A DNA stretch of 64,000 bases from Promethearchaeota archaeon (lineage in GTDB: Archaea > Asgardarchaeota > Lokiarchaeia > Sigyniarchaeales > SOKP01), in NCBI GenBank assembly GCA_048939995.1, contig JBHLOY010000008.1, positions 64,001 to 128,000 on the forward strand, in the 5' to 3' direction. The notes under the pieces were generated by a model that worked only from the letters and a program-made list of their open reading frames with translations, did not search any database and was not told where the DNA came from. Of this stretch, positions 9,047-19,347 are shown piece after piece (position 1 is the stretch's first letter; each line of letters starts with the position of its first letter). The position numbers and the translations under genes are program-made.

Positions 9047-10491
9047 TTTTTTGTTTTAATATTTAATTTACTTTTAGAAAGTATTACTAATACTAAATCA
9101 TTGACGTTACTTCCGGTCAAACCAGTAATGATTTCAGAATTAAATCTTTTAAAGAACGTATTTGAGTTATTATCATTCAAATATTCTTCTAAATTGGCAT
9201 TCTGAGAATTTATTTGAACTGTTAGATTGTTGTCAATTAAAGCACCCATCGCTTTACTATTTCCTTCAATTCCATCAAGATTCACTGCTAAAAGACAATA
9301 ATTATAAGTTACATCTTCATATCTAATGAGATTTAAGTAACTAAGTAGCATTTCTTGATTTCTGCCACCAATCCCATTCCCCATAATAGTCACTGTTAAT
9401 TCACCAGTTCCTATTAAAGCAATTTTCTCATCTTTCTGGATAGCTTTAACTTCATTTGAGATGATATCATATAGTTTTCTGGCAAAAAATCTTGCTTCAC
9501 CAGCAATTTGGTTAGAAAAGTACTTACAAGCAATTCCTAATTGACTAAGGTACTTCGATATTTCCTGGACAGCAATTTCTACACTCCCTATTAAATAAGA
9601 GTACACTTTTCGAAAATAGATGTCTCCTTCCTTAGGGTTTTCTAAGTTGGAATTATTTAAACCTTCTTCGATCACTTCTTTTATCGATCGAGGTATCTTC
9701 TCTATTATCTTATATTTAGATAAAATAGTGTAAGCATCTTGATAGGTAGTACTATCTGGTATGGTAGGACCTGAGGCTATTATATCCAACTTATTACCAA
9801 TGACATCAGAAATTATTAAAGCAATTAAAGTAGCCTTACTACATTCATATACTCTTTTAGCTAAATTTCCCCCTTTAAAATTAGATATGTGTTTCCGAAT
9901 CGTGTTAATTTCATCAATTGAAGCTCCAGAAGCTAGTAATAATAAATTAATTTCCTTTAAATCTTCTATTGAAATCTTTCCTTTTGGTAAAGGTAAGAGA
10001 GCTGAACCTCCTCCAGAGATTAAACAGATAATTAAGTCCTCTTCAGAAGCTTTTTCGATCATTTTCATCATAGCTCTAGTTCCATTTAAGCCGCTTAAAT
10101 CAGGAGTAGGATGTGAGGCAAAATTTATTTTAACTTTCTTTGGAAAATCTTTCTCTTTCAAATCTAAACTAGTAGGAACATTTACTATTCCTTCATAATC
10201 TATATTTCCAAATTCTATAAGTATCTTTTCTAAGGAAAGTGCCATTTTTGCAGTTGCTTTTCCTCCACCAATTATGTATATTCTACGGTAAGCCTTTAGA
10301 TTGAATAATTTTTCATTGATTACTAGGTTATCATTATTGATTTTGATTGCTTTTTCTATTAATTTATCAGGTTTAATAGAATTGAGAGCTTTTTCTAATG
10401 CATTAAGTAAAATTTCTCTTAAAATTTTATATCTTTCTGGTAATTCTTCAGATATTATTTGATCATAATTTTTAATCAACATTCGAGTCAT
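9043..10491 (-). CDS. gck: Glycerate 2-kinase (MOFRL/DUF4147 family)
   Basis: GGGKA, ASHPTP, LISGGGSAL, SDVIG, ASGPT, GGRNQE, TGSNVND motifs. Confidence 0.92.
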   Translation of the reverse strand: MTRMLIKNYDQIISEELPERYKILREILLNALEKALNSIKPDKLIEKAIKINNDNLVINEKLFNLKAYRRIYIIGGGKATAKMALSLEKILIEFGNIDYEGIVNVPTSLDLKEKDFPKKVKINFASHPTPDLSGLNGTRAMMKMIEKASEEDLIICLISGGGSALLPLPKGKISIEDLKEINLLLLASGASIDEINTIRKHISNFKGGNLAKRVYECSKATLIALIISDVIGNKLDIIASGPTIPDSTTYQDAYTILSKYKIIEKIPRSIKEVIEEGLNNSNLENPKEGDIYFRKVYSYLIGSVEIAVQEISKYLSQLGIACKYFSNQIAGEARFFARKLYDIISNEVKAIQKDEKIALIGTGELTVTIMGNGIGGRNQEMLLSYLNLIRYEDVTYNYCLLAVNLDGIEGNSKAMGALIDNNLTVQINSQNANLEEYLNDNNSNTFFKRFNSEIITGLTGSNVNDLVLVILSKSKLNIKTKK

Positions 10492-10607
10492 ATTAATTAA
10501 AGGTCTCTAAATATTTTACACTATCACATGTTTTATTAAACTTAAAATTAGTTGCATAATTTAATTTATTATAATCTAAAAAGTTTTAAAATACTAAAAT
10601 TTAAAAA

Positions 10608-12110
10608 GTGAACTCTTACATGAGCAAAAATGAACTCTATGATATAGTAATAATAGGTGCGGGACCAGGAGGTTATCATGCAGCCGTTAGAGCAGCACAA
10701 TATGGAGCTAAAGTTGCTTTAATCGAAAAAGCAAAATTAGGAGGTACCTGTCTGAATTGGGGGTGTATTCCGACCAAAGCATTGTATGCTTCCGCGGAAT
10801 TAATTCACGAAATAAAAGAAAAAGGGGAAGGATTTGGAATTTCTTGTGACCCTAAATTAGATTTTGCCAAGGCTGTTGAAAGAAAAAATAAAGTAGTTCA
10901 GGAGTTGGTAGAAGGAATAGCAGGATTGGAAAAGGCATGGAAAAATGACGTTTATAATGGTTATGGAAAAATAATTGGAGGAAATGCAGACTCTGGTTTT
11001 GAAATATCAATAGAAGGGACTGAAAACAATATTATTAAAGCAAAAAGGGTGATCATTGCAACGGGGTCATCTCCTGCAATAATTCCAGCTTTTAATATTG
11101 ATCATGATAGGATTCTCACTAGTGATGATATTCTTCATCCAGATTTTAAAATTGTTCCTAAGCGATTACTAATCATTGGGGCAGGAGTTATAGGCTGTGA
11201 ATTCGCAAATATATTTTCTACTTTTGGCTCAAAGGTGGAAATTTTAGAATACCTTTCATCTCCAATTGCTACAGAAGAACCTATGATTATAAAAGAATTA
11301 CAGAAGAAATTTTCTAGCCTTGGTATAAAATTAAACGTTTCTCAGAATGTGTTATCAGTTGAAAATACAGGTACAGGAGTAAAAGCAACTACATGTTCAG
11401 CAGACGTTCCGAGAGATCAAATTGAAAGTGCTGAAAAGTTTTATTTTGAAGCAGACTATTGTTTAGTATCAATAGGTCGAGCTAGAATGTCTCAAAATTT
11501 AGGACTTGAAAATCTTGGAATTCAAACTCAACGGGGGGCAATCACAATCGATACTAAAACGACTGAAACGACTATAAAGGGAATTTATGCTATTGGAGAT
11601 GTAGCGGCGTCAGGTGCTCCAATGTTAGCCCATGTAGCTAGTTATATGGGAGATGTAGCAGTTGCAAATGTACTCGCAAGTATCGGGGGTTTCCCCATTA
11701 AAGGAAGAACAACGGACTATAATGTAATTCCAGCAACTATATTTACTAATCCTAATATCGGTTCGGTAGGATTAAGAAGAAACCAAGCAAAAACTTTGGG
11801 AATCGATACAGCAATGGGGAGATTTGCTTATACCTCATTAGGGAAAGCCAAGTGTGCAGGTCATGAGGAAGGATTTCTCATGATATTAGCAGATGATAAA
11901 AGCCATAAAATTGTTGGCGCTTCTTGTATTGGAGCAGAAGCTCCTGAACTTATTGCTGAAATTGCTTTAGCTATGCAACATGGATTAACGGTTCATGACA
12001 TTGGGGATGTGATCCATAGTCACCCTACGATTTCAGAGATGGTATTAGAAGCTTCTGAAGATGTATTTGGGATGGCTATTCATAAGAAGGGGAGACCTGT
12101 TTTCCATTAG
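10608..12110 (+). CDS. lpdA: Dihydrolipoamide dehydrogenase (likely start ATG 10620)
   Basis: GAGPGG, GGTCLNWGCIPTK redox disulfide, GAGVIG, HSHPTISE. Confidence 0.93.
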   Translation: MNSYMSKNELYDIVIIGAGPGGYHAAVRAAQYGAKVALIEKAKLGGTCLNWGCIPTKALYASAELIHEIKEKGEGFGISCDPKLDFAKAVERKNKVVQELVEGIAGLEKAWKNDVYNGYGKIIGGNADSGFEISIEGTENNIIKAKRVIIATGSSPAIIPAFNIDHDRILTSDDILHPDFKIVPKRLLIIGAGVIGCEFANIFSTFGSKVEILEYLSSPIATEEPMIIKELQKKFSSLGIKLNVSQNVLSVENTGTGVKATTCSADVPRDQIESAEKFYFEADYCLVSIGRARMSQNLGLENLGIQTQRGAITIDTKTTETTIKGIYAIGDVAASGAPMLAHVASYMGDVAVANVLASIGGFPIKGRTTDYNVIPATIFTNPNIGSVGLRRNQAKTLGIDTAMGRFAYTSLGKAKCAGHEEGFLMILADDKSHKIVGASCIGAEAPELIAEIALAMQHGLTVHDIGDVIHSHPTISEMVLEASEDVFGMAIHKKGRPVFH

Positions 12111-12185
12111 AATGTCTAATATTTATTTTTCTATTAAAAAACTTCAAATTTTATGAGCAAAATTTGATTAATTTTTTCATAAAAT

Positions 12186-14297
12186 TTAATGTTTTATAAA
12201 ATTTACATTAAAGGAAGTAAGTTTATTTTTTCTTATATTTATTTCTCGATACCCTCCTGCCAATTTTGGATTATGGTAACCCCCTAATCCTAAAGCAGGA
12301 GTTTGTACTACAAAAGGAGCATATAGACTTATTAGTTTGGCATTTGTATATAATTCTGAATATAAATCAAAATATACTGCCGCTGGATTTTCTAATTTTT
12401 TCAAGCTAAAAGGTGGAGCTGTAAACACTTTTGATTTCTCGCCTTTTGGATCTTCCAACCTAAATTCCTTTAGTTCGTGCGTGTGCCCAGAAAGGGTTAA
12501 AATACAATGATCCTTACAGAATTTAATCAATTTCTCCCAATTAGAAGAAATTGTACCAAATTTTACATCAAATTTGCCATCTATTCTAGCAGTGGATGAT
12601 TTCTTACCTAGGCTTCTTAAAACTGTTTCTTTAAACTCATCTACTTTATCTAAAAACTCTTCAAATATATCTTTTTTACTGAGTTTTTTAAAAAAGCTTA
12701 CTGTTTTCCTAGGATTAATTGGTGGTGCGTGTAAAAATAAATATATTTGATCTCTATTATTTGTCTTAAAATTAATTATATTTTCTAGATATTTAATCTG
12801 TCGACTTGTTAGCCCAGTGACTGACGGATGCCCCATCAAAAAATCTCTAATGTTCTTATAAGAATCAGAACCAGAGTTTAGAAATATTAATAAGTGTCTA
12901 CCAAGCCTAATTGAATAATCCAAAGATGGATTTACTTCTATTAAATAACCTTTTAACGCATTGAAACTTTTAGTGATTGAGTTTATTGGGTTTGCCAACA
13001 ACTTATCGTTTAAAGCTATTGCCTCGTTTGCATTCAAACCAAGCTTTCTATATAATCCTCCCCATCTTAAATCATAATGGAATGGTCGAAAATCATGATT
13101 TCCAGGAATAGTGAAAACTGGACATATTAACTCCTGTCCTTTAAACATACCTCTTTTCTTTGTTTGAGGTAGATTAAGAATTATTTCTTTGAAAATTTTC
13201 CAATTGCTATTCTCATATTCGAAGTTTAGTTTCTTTCTTACATCTTTCGGGATTTCTGAGAAAATTGTAAAATCAACAATATCTCCCGTTAAAACTATAA
13301 AGTCTATTTCATTTTTTAGCACTCTTTTATTCATTTGTTTTATAAATTTTCTGAAATTATTATTTGGGTTAATAATGCGCCGAACTAATGGTTTAATAGT
13401 AATAGGTATAGATGATTCTTTTTTTTTAAAAATGCGTTCGAAAAATGAGAGGGTTTTTACACTTTGTTGAGCTATCTCTGCTATTTTTTCTTGTTTAAAA
13501 ATAGAAGTCCAGTTTTTTACAATTCCATAAATATCATCATTACGCTTTGCTAAATGTAGATCAGTAGCATGAATAAATTGAAAATTTTTCCATTTATTTT
13601 TAGATATGACTAATGAATGATAATTAGTTCGCTTCTTTTGAATTTTATCATGGATAATGTCAAACATTACAAATGTATAATTCTTGAGGAATTCTAAAAT
13701 TTCATCGGTTATAGAAAAGGAAATTCTCGCTTTATGAAAAAAAGATAGTTCATCAAAAATATTGTATTTTATCAGATAAGGTTGTGGGCAACAATAACTT
13801 TCGTAATCTGCATTTTCTATTGAAATTAAGGAGGCTTTCTCAACATGAATTATTATAGCTTTTATTGCATCCCCTCTAAAAACTCGATGTTTTAGTTTTT
13901 CGATTTTCTTTTTTTCTACAATATCAAATTTTTCTCCTTGTGAATCAACTATTTTATAAGCTTTTGTTGATACATCGATTTTCTCATCTTTATCTCTATG
14001 AAAAAGTTTTTCCTTTAATCGGTTCCAAAAACTTTTTTTTTCTTCTCTCTGAGCCTCTTTGATTCTCTTCATCCTCTCTTGTTCCAGTAACTTCTTCAAT
14101 TTCCATCTATATTCAAGAATTGGAACTAGTTCGATTTTATGTCTTAAAAAATTTTCCAACCTTTTTGGCTCAGAAATATTGCTGACAAATAGGAAATCTA
14201 TCTCAAATTCCTTCTTTTTTAGCCTTCGATCTATATTCAAAAAGAGAGGATGTCCTAAATTAGGGTTGATTAAAAGAGCTTGCTCCACTTTTTTCAC
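12186..14297 (-). CDS. Calcineurin-like metallophosphoesterase with long basic N-terminal region
   Basis: DLH, GDIVD, GNHD, HAP and GHTH motifs. Confidence 0.85.
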   Translation of the reverse strand: MKKVEQALLINPNLGHPLFLNIDRRLKKKEFEIDFLFVSNISEPKRLENFLRHKIELVPILEYRWKLKKLLEQERMKRIKEAQREEKKSFWNRLKEKLFHRDKDEKIDVSTKAYKIVDSQGEKFDIVEKKKIEKLKHRVFRGDAIKAIIIHVEKASLISIENADYESYCCPQPYLIKYNIFDELSFFHKARISFSITDEILEFLKNYTFVMFDIIHDKIQKKRTNYHSLVISKNKWKNFQFIHATDLHLAKRNDDIYGIVKNWTSIFKQEKIAEIAQQSVKTLSFFERIFKKKESSIPITIKPLVRRIINPNNNFRKFIKQMNKRVLKNEIDFIVLTGDIVDFTIFSEIPKDVRKKLNFEYENSNWKIFKEIILNLPQTKKRGMFKGQELICPVFTIPGNHDFRPFHYDLRWGGLYRKLGLNANEAIALNDKLLANPINSITKSFNALKGYLIEVNPSLDYSIRLGRHLLIFLNSGSDSYKNIRDFLMGHPSVTGLTSRQIKYLENIINFKTNNRDQIYLFLHAPPINPRKTVSFFKKLSKKDIFEEFLDKVDEFKETVLRSLGKKSSTARIDGKFDVKFGTISSNWEKLIKFCKDHCILTLSGHTHELKEFRLEDPKGEKSKVFTAPPFSLKKLENPAAVYFDLYSELYTNAKLISLYAPFVVQTPALGLGGYHNPKLAGGYREINIRKNKLTSFNVNFIKH

Positions 14298-14363
14298 TAA
14301 AAAATTGTATAAGCAATCAGAATTATGCCTTTTTCAGAAAAATTTGGTAACCGAAATTATTGT

Positions 14364-14624
14364 TTAACTTTGTGCTAAGTTAACAAAGATTACATTATCG
14401 CCCCGTACAACAATACTTCCTAAATCCTCATGCTCTTCTCTAATGTTTCCATCCTCATCTTGATATTCAAAAATCTGACTTGTTCCTTCAAGATAGAGGT
14501 TCAAGTGTTCATCAAATCCGGCTAAATTTCCCCGAAATAAACGGTTTCGCTTCACTTTTATTAAAATGATTTTATTCATTGAATTTTTTAAATAGTCAAT
14601 TGGTCTATTTGGTCTTCTTTCCAT
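14364..14624 (-). CDS. Sm-like archaeal protein (SmAP/Lsm)
   Basis: RPIDYL; Sm1 GNLAGFDEHLNLYL; Sm2 LGSIVVRGDNVIFV. Confidence 0.93.
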   Translation of the reverse strand: MERRPNRPIDYLKNSMNKIILIKVKRNRLFRGNLAGFDEHLNLYLEGTSQIFEYQDEDGNIREEHEDLGSIVVRGDNVIFVNLAQS

Positions 14625-14837
14625 AATTAAAAACTCAAAAAAAATGTTTAAAAAATCTACTAATAATATTAGAAATATTAAAAGTGAATTAAAACCTTTG
14701 GTTTTCAGTCTTTTTAATTAGCTTAAGAAATTAAGCTTAAAAATATAAAAAAGTAACTATCATATTTTTATTAAAGAGGGTTATTAAGAATTTAAAAACC
14801 ATATATTATTTATATTCTTAGAACCTTTTATATATAA

Positions 14838-14944
14838 AGGCTCGTGGCGAAGCATGGATATCGCGGCAGCCTCCTAAGCTGACGGACGGGGGTTCAAACT
14901 TCTTTAACGGTTTATTGAAGGAATAAATCCCTCCGGGCCTGCCA
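14838..14944 (+). tRNA. tRNA-Arg(CCT) with 29-nt BHB intron at position 58/59 (14898-14926); CCA encoded
   Basis: Acceptor AGGCTCG/CGGGCCT plus G-CCA; anticodon arm CAGC-CT-CCT-AA-GCTG; removing the intron gives T arm GGGGG-TTCAAAT-CCCTC; T-rich tract follows. Confidence 0.93.
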
Positions 14945-14989
14945 TTTTTAATTTTAAACTTTTTAAGTTATAGTTTTTTTATCAATTTA

Positions 14990-16954
14990 ATGAAAAAGGA
15001 TTATGTGACTAGCCTCTCTTATTTAAAGGTGGGTGTGCGACCTTTATTACCACATTTTGTTAGGAAATTATTCTTAATGTTCAATCCTCACGGCTCGTTA
15101 CCTATTGTTAAGCTTTTGGCAATATTTTTTGGAACTGGTTTTCCAAAGCAAGGTGTTAGAAGATATCCAGAATATATGTTGAAATTAAAAGATGGAACCA
15201 AACTAGCTACTGACATTTATGCCCCAAAAGAGATATATAAGAAGAAGATTAAATGTCCTACTATCTTAATCCGCTTACCATATTGGAAGGACCAGTTAAG
15301 TGTTTTAGGATATAATTATGCCGCCAATGGATTTGTAACTATTATTCAAGATATTAGAGGAACAGGTCATTCAGAAGGTTTCAACTATTACTTGTTTACT
15401 GAAAGAAATGATGGATTAGAAACGCTTGAATGGATCTCAAGGCAATATTGGTATAATGGGAAGATTGGAATGGTAGGGGCAAGTTATTTTGGGATTACTC
15501 AACTAGCGCTATCATGGGCTAATAATTATCTAACTTGCATTACCCCAGCTGTTACTTCCACATTGAATCTATGGAAAAACAATGGAGGACTCCAAATCCA
15601 TGCTTTGGCTACATCAATTTATAGGATTATGGTTAATGTTGCAGCTCATCGGGAAGCTCCTAATGTAGATAAATTAACAAATTTAATGCAAGAGAGATAT
15701 TTGAATCCAAGATATGCACTATTCAATGATCCTATTGAAAAGAAAAGTGGAATTAAACTTTCTCATTTAAAAGGTAAATCAATTGAGGAAATTCAAAATC
15801 TACTGGTAAAGTATTATAGTATAGACAATTTTAATCCTTCAAAGAGAAATTTAAAGGTCTATTTTACTTTCTTAAATGACTTTTTAATAACTCGTGGCTT
15901 AGAAAAGGATACCGAAAAAATGTCAGGCTTTCTAGAAATGGATATAAGTAAATTTTCACAACCTGCATTAATGCTGACTGGATGGCAGGATATGTTTTTT
16001 GAGAAACAATTGGCTGATTTTTTAGATATCAAAGCCAACTCCAAAGGTCTAGCAAAAAAGTATTCAAAATTGATAATTGGTTCTTGGGCTCATGTAGCAT
16101 CTGGACATCCAGAAAGTCGATTAACTAATGCAGGAATTATTAGATTTATTAAAGAGTTTTTAAGTATGGGGTGGAATAAATATTGGTTAATGGATGATAA
16201 AGAGGCTTTTTCTGATATGAGAAAACCTGCTATAAAATATTGGGTAATAGGAAAGAATTTATGGAGATATAGTGATAATTGGCCTCCTGAAGGTTTAGAA
16301 TATCTGAGATTCTATCTACATTCTCAAGGACTTGCAAATGGTGTAAACGGAGATGGTTTATTGAGTTTTGATGAACCATATGATGAACATGAAGATGAAT
16401 ACACATTCAATCCATTAAATCCAGTAATTACAAAAGGAGGGAGAAATTTAGGAATATTAAAAGGTTCTCGAAATCAAAAAGATGCTGAAAAACGGAAGGA
16501 TGTTTTAATTTATACTTCCAAAACCTTGGATCATGGTCTTGAAATTACAGGACCGGTTAAAATGGTATTATTCGCTTCAAGTTCTGCCAAAGATACTGAC
16601 TTTATGGTGAAATTAGTTGATGTATATCCTCATGGAAAAGCAATAAATATTTTAGATGCAGGAATCAGAGCAAGATATAGAAATGGTGAAGATAATCCTT
16701 CTTTAATTGAATTGAATATGGTTTACAAATATGAAATTAATTTAGGAAACATTTCTAATTATTTTAGAAGAAATCATCGAGTAAGAGTTGAAATTACATC
16801 AAGCAATTTTCCGAGATTTGATATTAATACTAATCTAGGTGGAGAAAAACATCTTGAAGGATATAAAATTGCCCATCAGAAAATTTTTCATAATCAAAAA
16901 TATCCAAGTCATCTCATCATACCTCTTTTTCATGAAAAGTCAAAAAAAAGTTAG
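14990..16954 (+). CDS. CocE/NonD family serine hydrolase
   Basis: LATDIY, RLPY, QDIRGTGHSEG, GASYFG nucleophile, ITSSNFPRF. Confidence 0.92.
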   Translation: MKKDYVTSLSYLKVGVRPLLPHFVRKLFLMFNPHGSLPIVKLLAIFFGTGFPKQGVRRYPEYMLKLKDGTKLATDIYAPKEIYKKKIKCPTILIRLPYWKDQLSVLGYNYAANGFVTIIQDIRGTGHSEGFNYYLFTERNDGLETLEWISRQYWYNGKIGMVGASYFGITQLALSWANNYLTCITPAVTSTLNLWKNNGGLQIHALATSIYRIMVNVAAHREAPNVDKLTNLMQERYLNPRYALFNDPIEKKSGIKLSHLKGKSIEEIQNLLVKYYSIDNFNPSKRNLKVYFTFLNDFLITRGLEKDTEKMSGFLEMDISKFSQPALMLTGWQDMFFEKQLADFLDIKANSKGLAKKYSKLIIGSWAHVASGHPESRLTNAGIIRFIKEFLSMGWNKYWLMDDKEAFSDMRKPAIKYWVIGKNLWRYSDNWPPEGLEYLRFYLHSQGLANGVNGDGLLSFDEPYDEHEDEYTFNPLNPVITKGGRNLGILKGSRNQKDAEKRKDVLIYTSKTLDHGLEITGPVKMVLFASSSAKDTDFMVKLVDVYPHGKAINILDAGIRARYRNGEDNPSLIELNMVYKYEINLGNISNYFRRNHRVRVEITSSNFPRFDINTNLGGEKHLEGYKIAHQKIFHNQKYPSHLIIPLFHEKSKKS

Positions 16955-17059
16955 CCAGGCTCTTTTCTAGCGTTTAGTTTCTATATACATATCGTATTTT
17001 ATCTAAGATGAATAAGTTATAAATAAAATCAGAACCCAATTATATATTGCTAAATAGAG

Positions 17060-18805
17060 GTGAAAATTTTGCCAAAAAGAGTTTTAAGAGTAGATATGAC
17101 TAATCTCACAACTGCATTTGAAGATTTACCTGAAGACTATTTTGCGCTTGGTGGTAGAGGAATGACTTCAACAATTGTAGCAAAAGAAGTTCCTGCAACA
17201 AGTAATCCCTTAGGAGTTCATAATAAACTTGTGTTTGCTCCTGGAATAGTAACCGGAACTGTGGCTCCATCATCTGGACGAATTTCAGTGGGTGGAAAAT
17301 CTCCATTAACAGGAGGTATTAAGGAAGCAAATGCTGGAACCCCATTTGCTCAAATGTTGGCGAGAATGCGTATCGGAGCAATAATTGTTGAAGGTAAACA
17401 TGAAGGAGATGATTATTACTTACTAAAAGTGACAAATAATGACGCTGAATTCATGAAAGCAAATAAATGGGTTGGTAAAGGTCTCTATGAAGTCTATAAG
17501 GATTTACAAAAAGAATTTGGAGATAAAATAGGAATATGTGGAGTGGGAATAGCTGCTGAAATTCTTGGTGCGATGTCAGGAATTTGTTTCAACGATCCAG
17601 AAGGATTACCAAGTAGATATGCAGGTAGAGGGGGTCTTGGAGCTGTTATGGCATCTAAGAAGCTAAAATTTATTATGGTAGATGAAACTGGCTCTCCTGG
17701 AGTTGAGATCGCTAATCAGGATGTCTTTGAACAAGGTATTACTAAATTAAGAGATGCCTTAATGTCACATGATGTTACAAAGGTTGGAGGGGCACTAAAT
17801 TCCTATGGTACTAGTGTATTAGTAAATATTATGAATGAAGCAGGAGGTTTACCCCAAAGAAATTTTTCTGTAGGCCGAGATGATAATGCACAGAACATCT
17901 CAGGTGAAGCAAAAGCGGAAGCTATAAAGAAAAGAGGAGGTGTAAGACCTCACTTTTGCAATCCCGGATGTATTATCCAATGTTCCGAAGTATGGACAGA
18001 ACCTGGTGGAAAAAATCCTGTTGGAGTATTAGAATATGAAAGTGTTTGGGCCCTTGGAGCAAATTGTGGTATTTATGATTTGGAAACTGTTGGAGAACTC
18101 AATCGTGCCTGTAATGATTTAGGAACAGATACAATTGAAGCGGGAGATACACTTGCTGTGGCAATGGAAGGTGGTTTAGCAAATTTTGGAGATGGTAAGG
18201 GTGCCTTGGGACTCATGGAAGAAATTCGAAAGAAAACGCCCACGGGAAGAATATTAGCTAATGGAACGGAAATCACTGGTAAAGTTTTGGGAGTTACACG
18301 AATTCCTACTGTTAAAGGGCAAGGTTTGCCTGCTTATGACCCACGAACAGTCTGGGGAATCGGAGTTACTTATGCTACTACTCCAATGGGAGCCGATCAT
18401 ACAGCAGGATATTGTATCGCTCCCGAAATATTAGGAGTGGGTGGACAAGTCGATCCAAGAGACTCTAAAAAAGCAGAACTCTCCCGTAATTTACAATTAG
18501 CTACAGCAGCCTTAGATGCAACTGGATATTGCCTATTTATTACCTTTGCAATTCTGGACATCCCTTCAGGACTAGAGGGTGTCGTTGAATCGTTGAATGG
18601 TGTATTAGGTACATCTCTTACTGTAGAGGATGTTCCTAAAATAGGTCAACAGATAATTGATGTTGAAAGAGGATTTAATAAGGCTGCGGGTTTTACTGCT
18701 ATACATGACAGACTTCCTGAATTCTTCATAGAAGAGAAGGTTGCACCACATGATGTGGTATTTGAAGTGACTAATGATGAATTAGATAAAGTTTGGGGAT
18801 CTTAG
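17060..18805 (+). CDS. aor: Tungsten-dependent aldehyde:ferredoxin oxidoreductase (likely start TTG 17069)
   Basis: KSPLTGGIKEANAG, AGRGGLGAVMASKKLK, C..GCIIQC, EYES, AYDPR, GADH. Confidence 0.93.
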   Translation: MKILPKRVLRVDMTNLTTAFEDLPEDYFALGGRGMTSTIVAKEVPATSNPLGVHNKLVFAPGIVTGTVAPSSGRISVGGKSPLTGGIKEANAGTPFAQMLARMRIGAIIVEGKHEGDDYYLLKVTNNDAEFMKANKWVGKGLYEVYKDLQKEFGDKIGICGVGIAAEILGAMSGICFNDPEGLPSRYAGRGGLGAVMASKKLKFIMVDETGSPGVEIANQDVFEQGITKLRDALMSHDVTKVGGALNSYGTSVLVNIMNEAGGLPQRNFSVGRDDNAQNISGEAKAEAIKKRGGVRPHFCNPGCIIQCSEVWTEPGGKNPVGVLEYESVWALGANCGIYDLETVGELNRACNDLGTDTIEAGDTLAVAMEGGLANFGDGKGALGLMEEIRKKTPTGRILANGTEITGKVLGVTRIPTVKGQGLPAYDPRTVWGIGVTYATTPMGADHTAGYCIAPEILGVGGQVDPRDSKKAELSRNLQLATAALDATGYCLFITFAILDIPSGLEGVVESLNGVLGTSLTVEDVPKIGQQIIDVERGFNKAAGFTAIHDRLPEFFIEEKVAPHDVVFEVTNDELDKVWGS

Positions 18806-18815
18806 GAAGTATATT

Positions 18816-19103
18816 ATGACAATTCTTGTTAAATTCTTTGGGAATCTTGCAAATAAAGTATCAGAGTTGGGATCTAAGATAACTAGTCCCTTGAATGTAT
18901 ATATCAATAGTAATGGAGTCGAATTCGTGTCTGATATCTTAAAAAAATTTTCAATAAATGTAAGTGAAACTAGTCATATTTTCGTGAATGGAATATATGC
19001 GGGATTTAGAAAACGAGTGAAAGATGGAGATAGAGTAGGAATATTTCCTAATAATATGGGATTATTATATAAATGGTATTTCACAAGGCATGAGGATGAT
19101 TGA
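18816..19103 (+). CDS. MoaD/ThiS-like ubiquitin-fold protein lacking the C-terminal Gly-Gly
   Basis: VKFFGNL...IFVNG...VKDGDRVGIFP then NNMGLLYKWYFTRHEDD. Confidence 0.75.
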   Translation: MTILVKFFGNLANKVSELGSKITSPLNVYINSNGVEFVSDILKKFSINVSETSHIFVNGIYAGFRKRVKDGDRVGIFPNNMGLLYKWYFTRHEDD

Positions 19104-19347
19104 AGAAGAGGCAAATATATCTGTTACAGTAAAGTTTTTCGCTGATTTTAGAAATTTTGGACCAGATAAAGAGAAATTAGAGGTTCCAAAAGGAAGTAAG
19201 ATTCAATACCTCCTAGATAAGTATAAAATCCCTAATAACAAACAAAAGTTAATAATTCTTGTAAACGGATTGCCACATAAAAAAATTGATGAAGAAATAA
19301 AAGATGGAGATATAATTGCGATTTTTCCACCGATAGCAGGCGGCTAA
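19090..19347 (+). CDS. moaD: MoaD/SAMP-family sulfur carrier
   Basis: ILVNG...IKDGDIIAIFPPIAGG with terminal GG. Confidence 0.85.
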   Translation: MRMIEEEANISVTVKFFADFRNFGPDKEKLEVPKGSKIQYLLDKYKIPNNKQKLIILVNGLPHKKIDEEIKDGDIIAIFPPIAGG

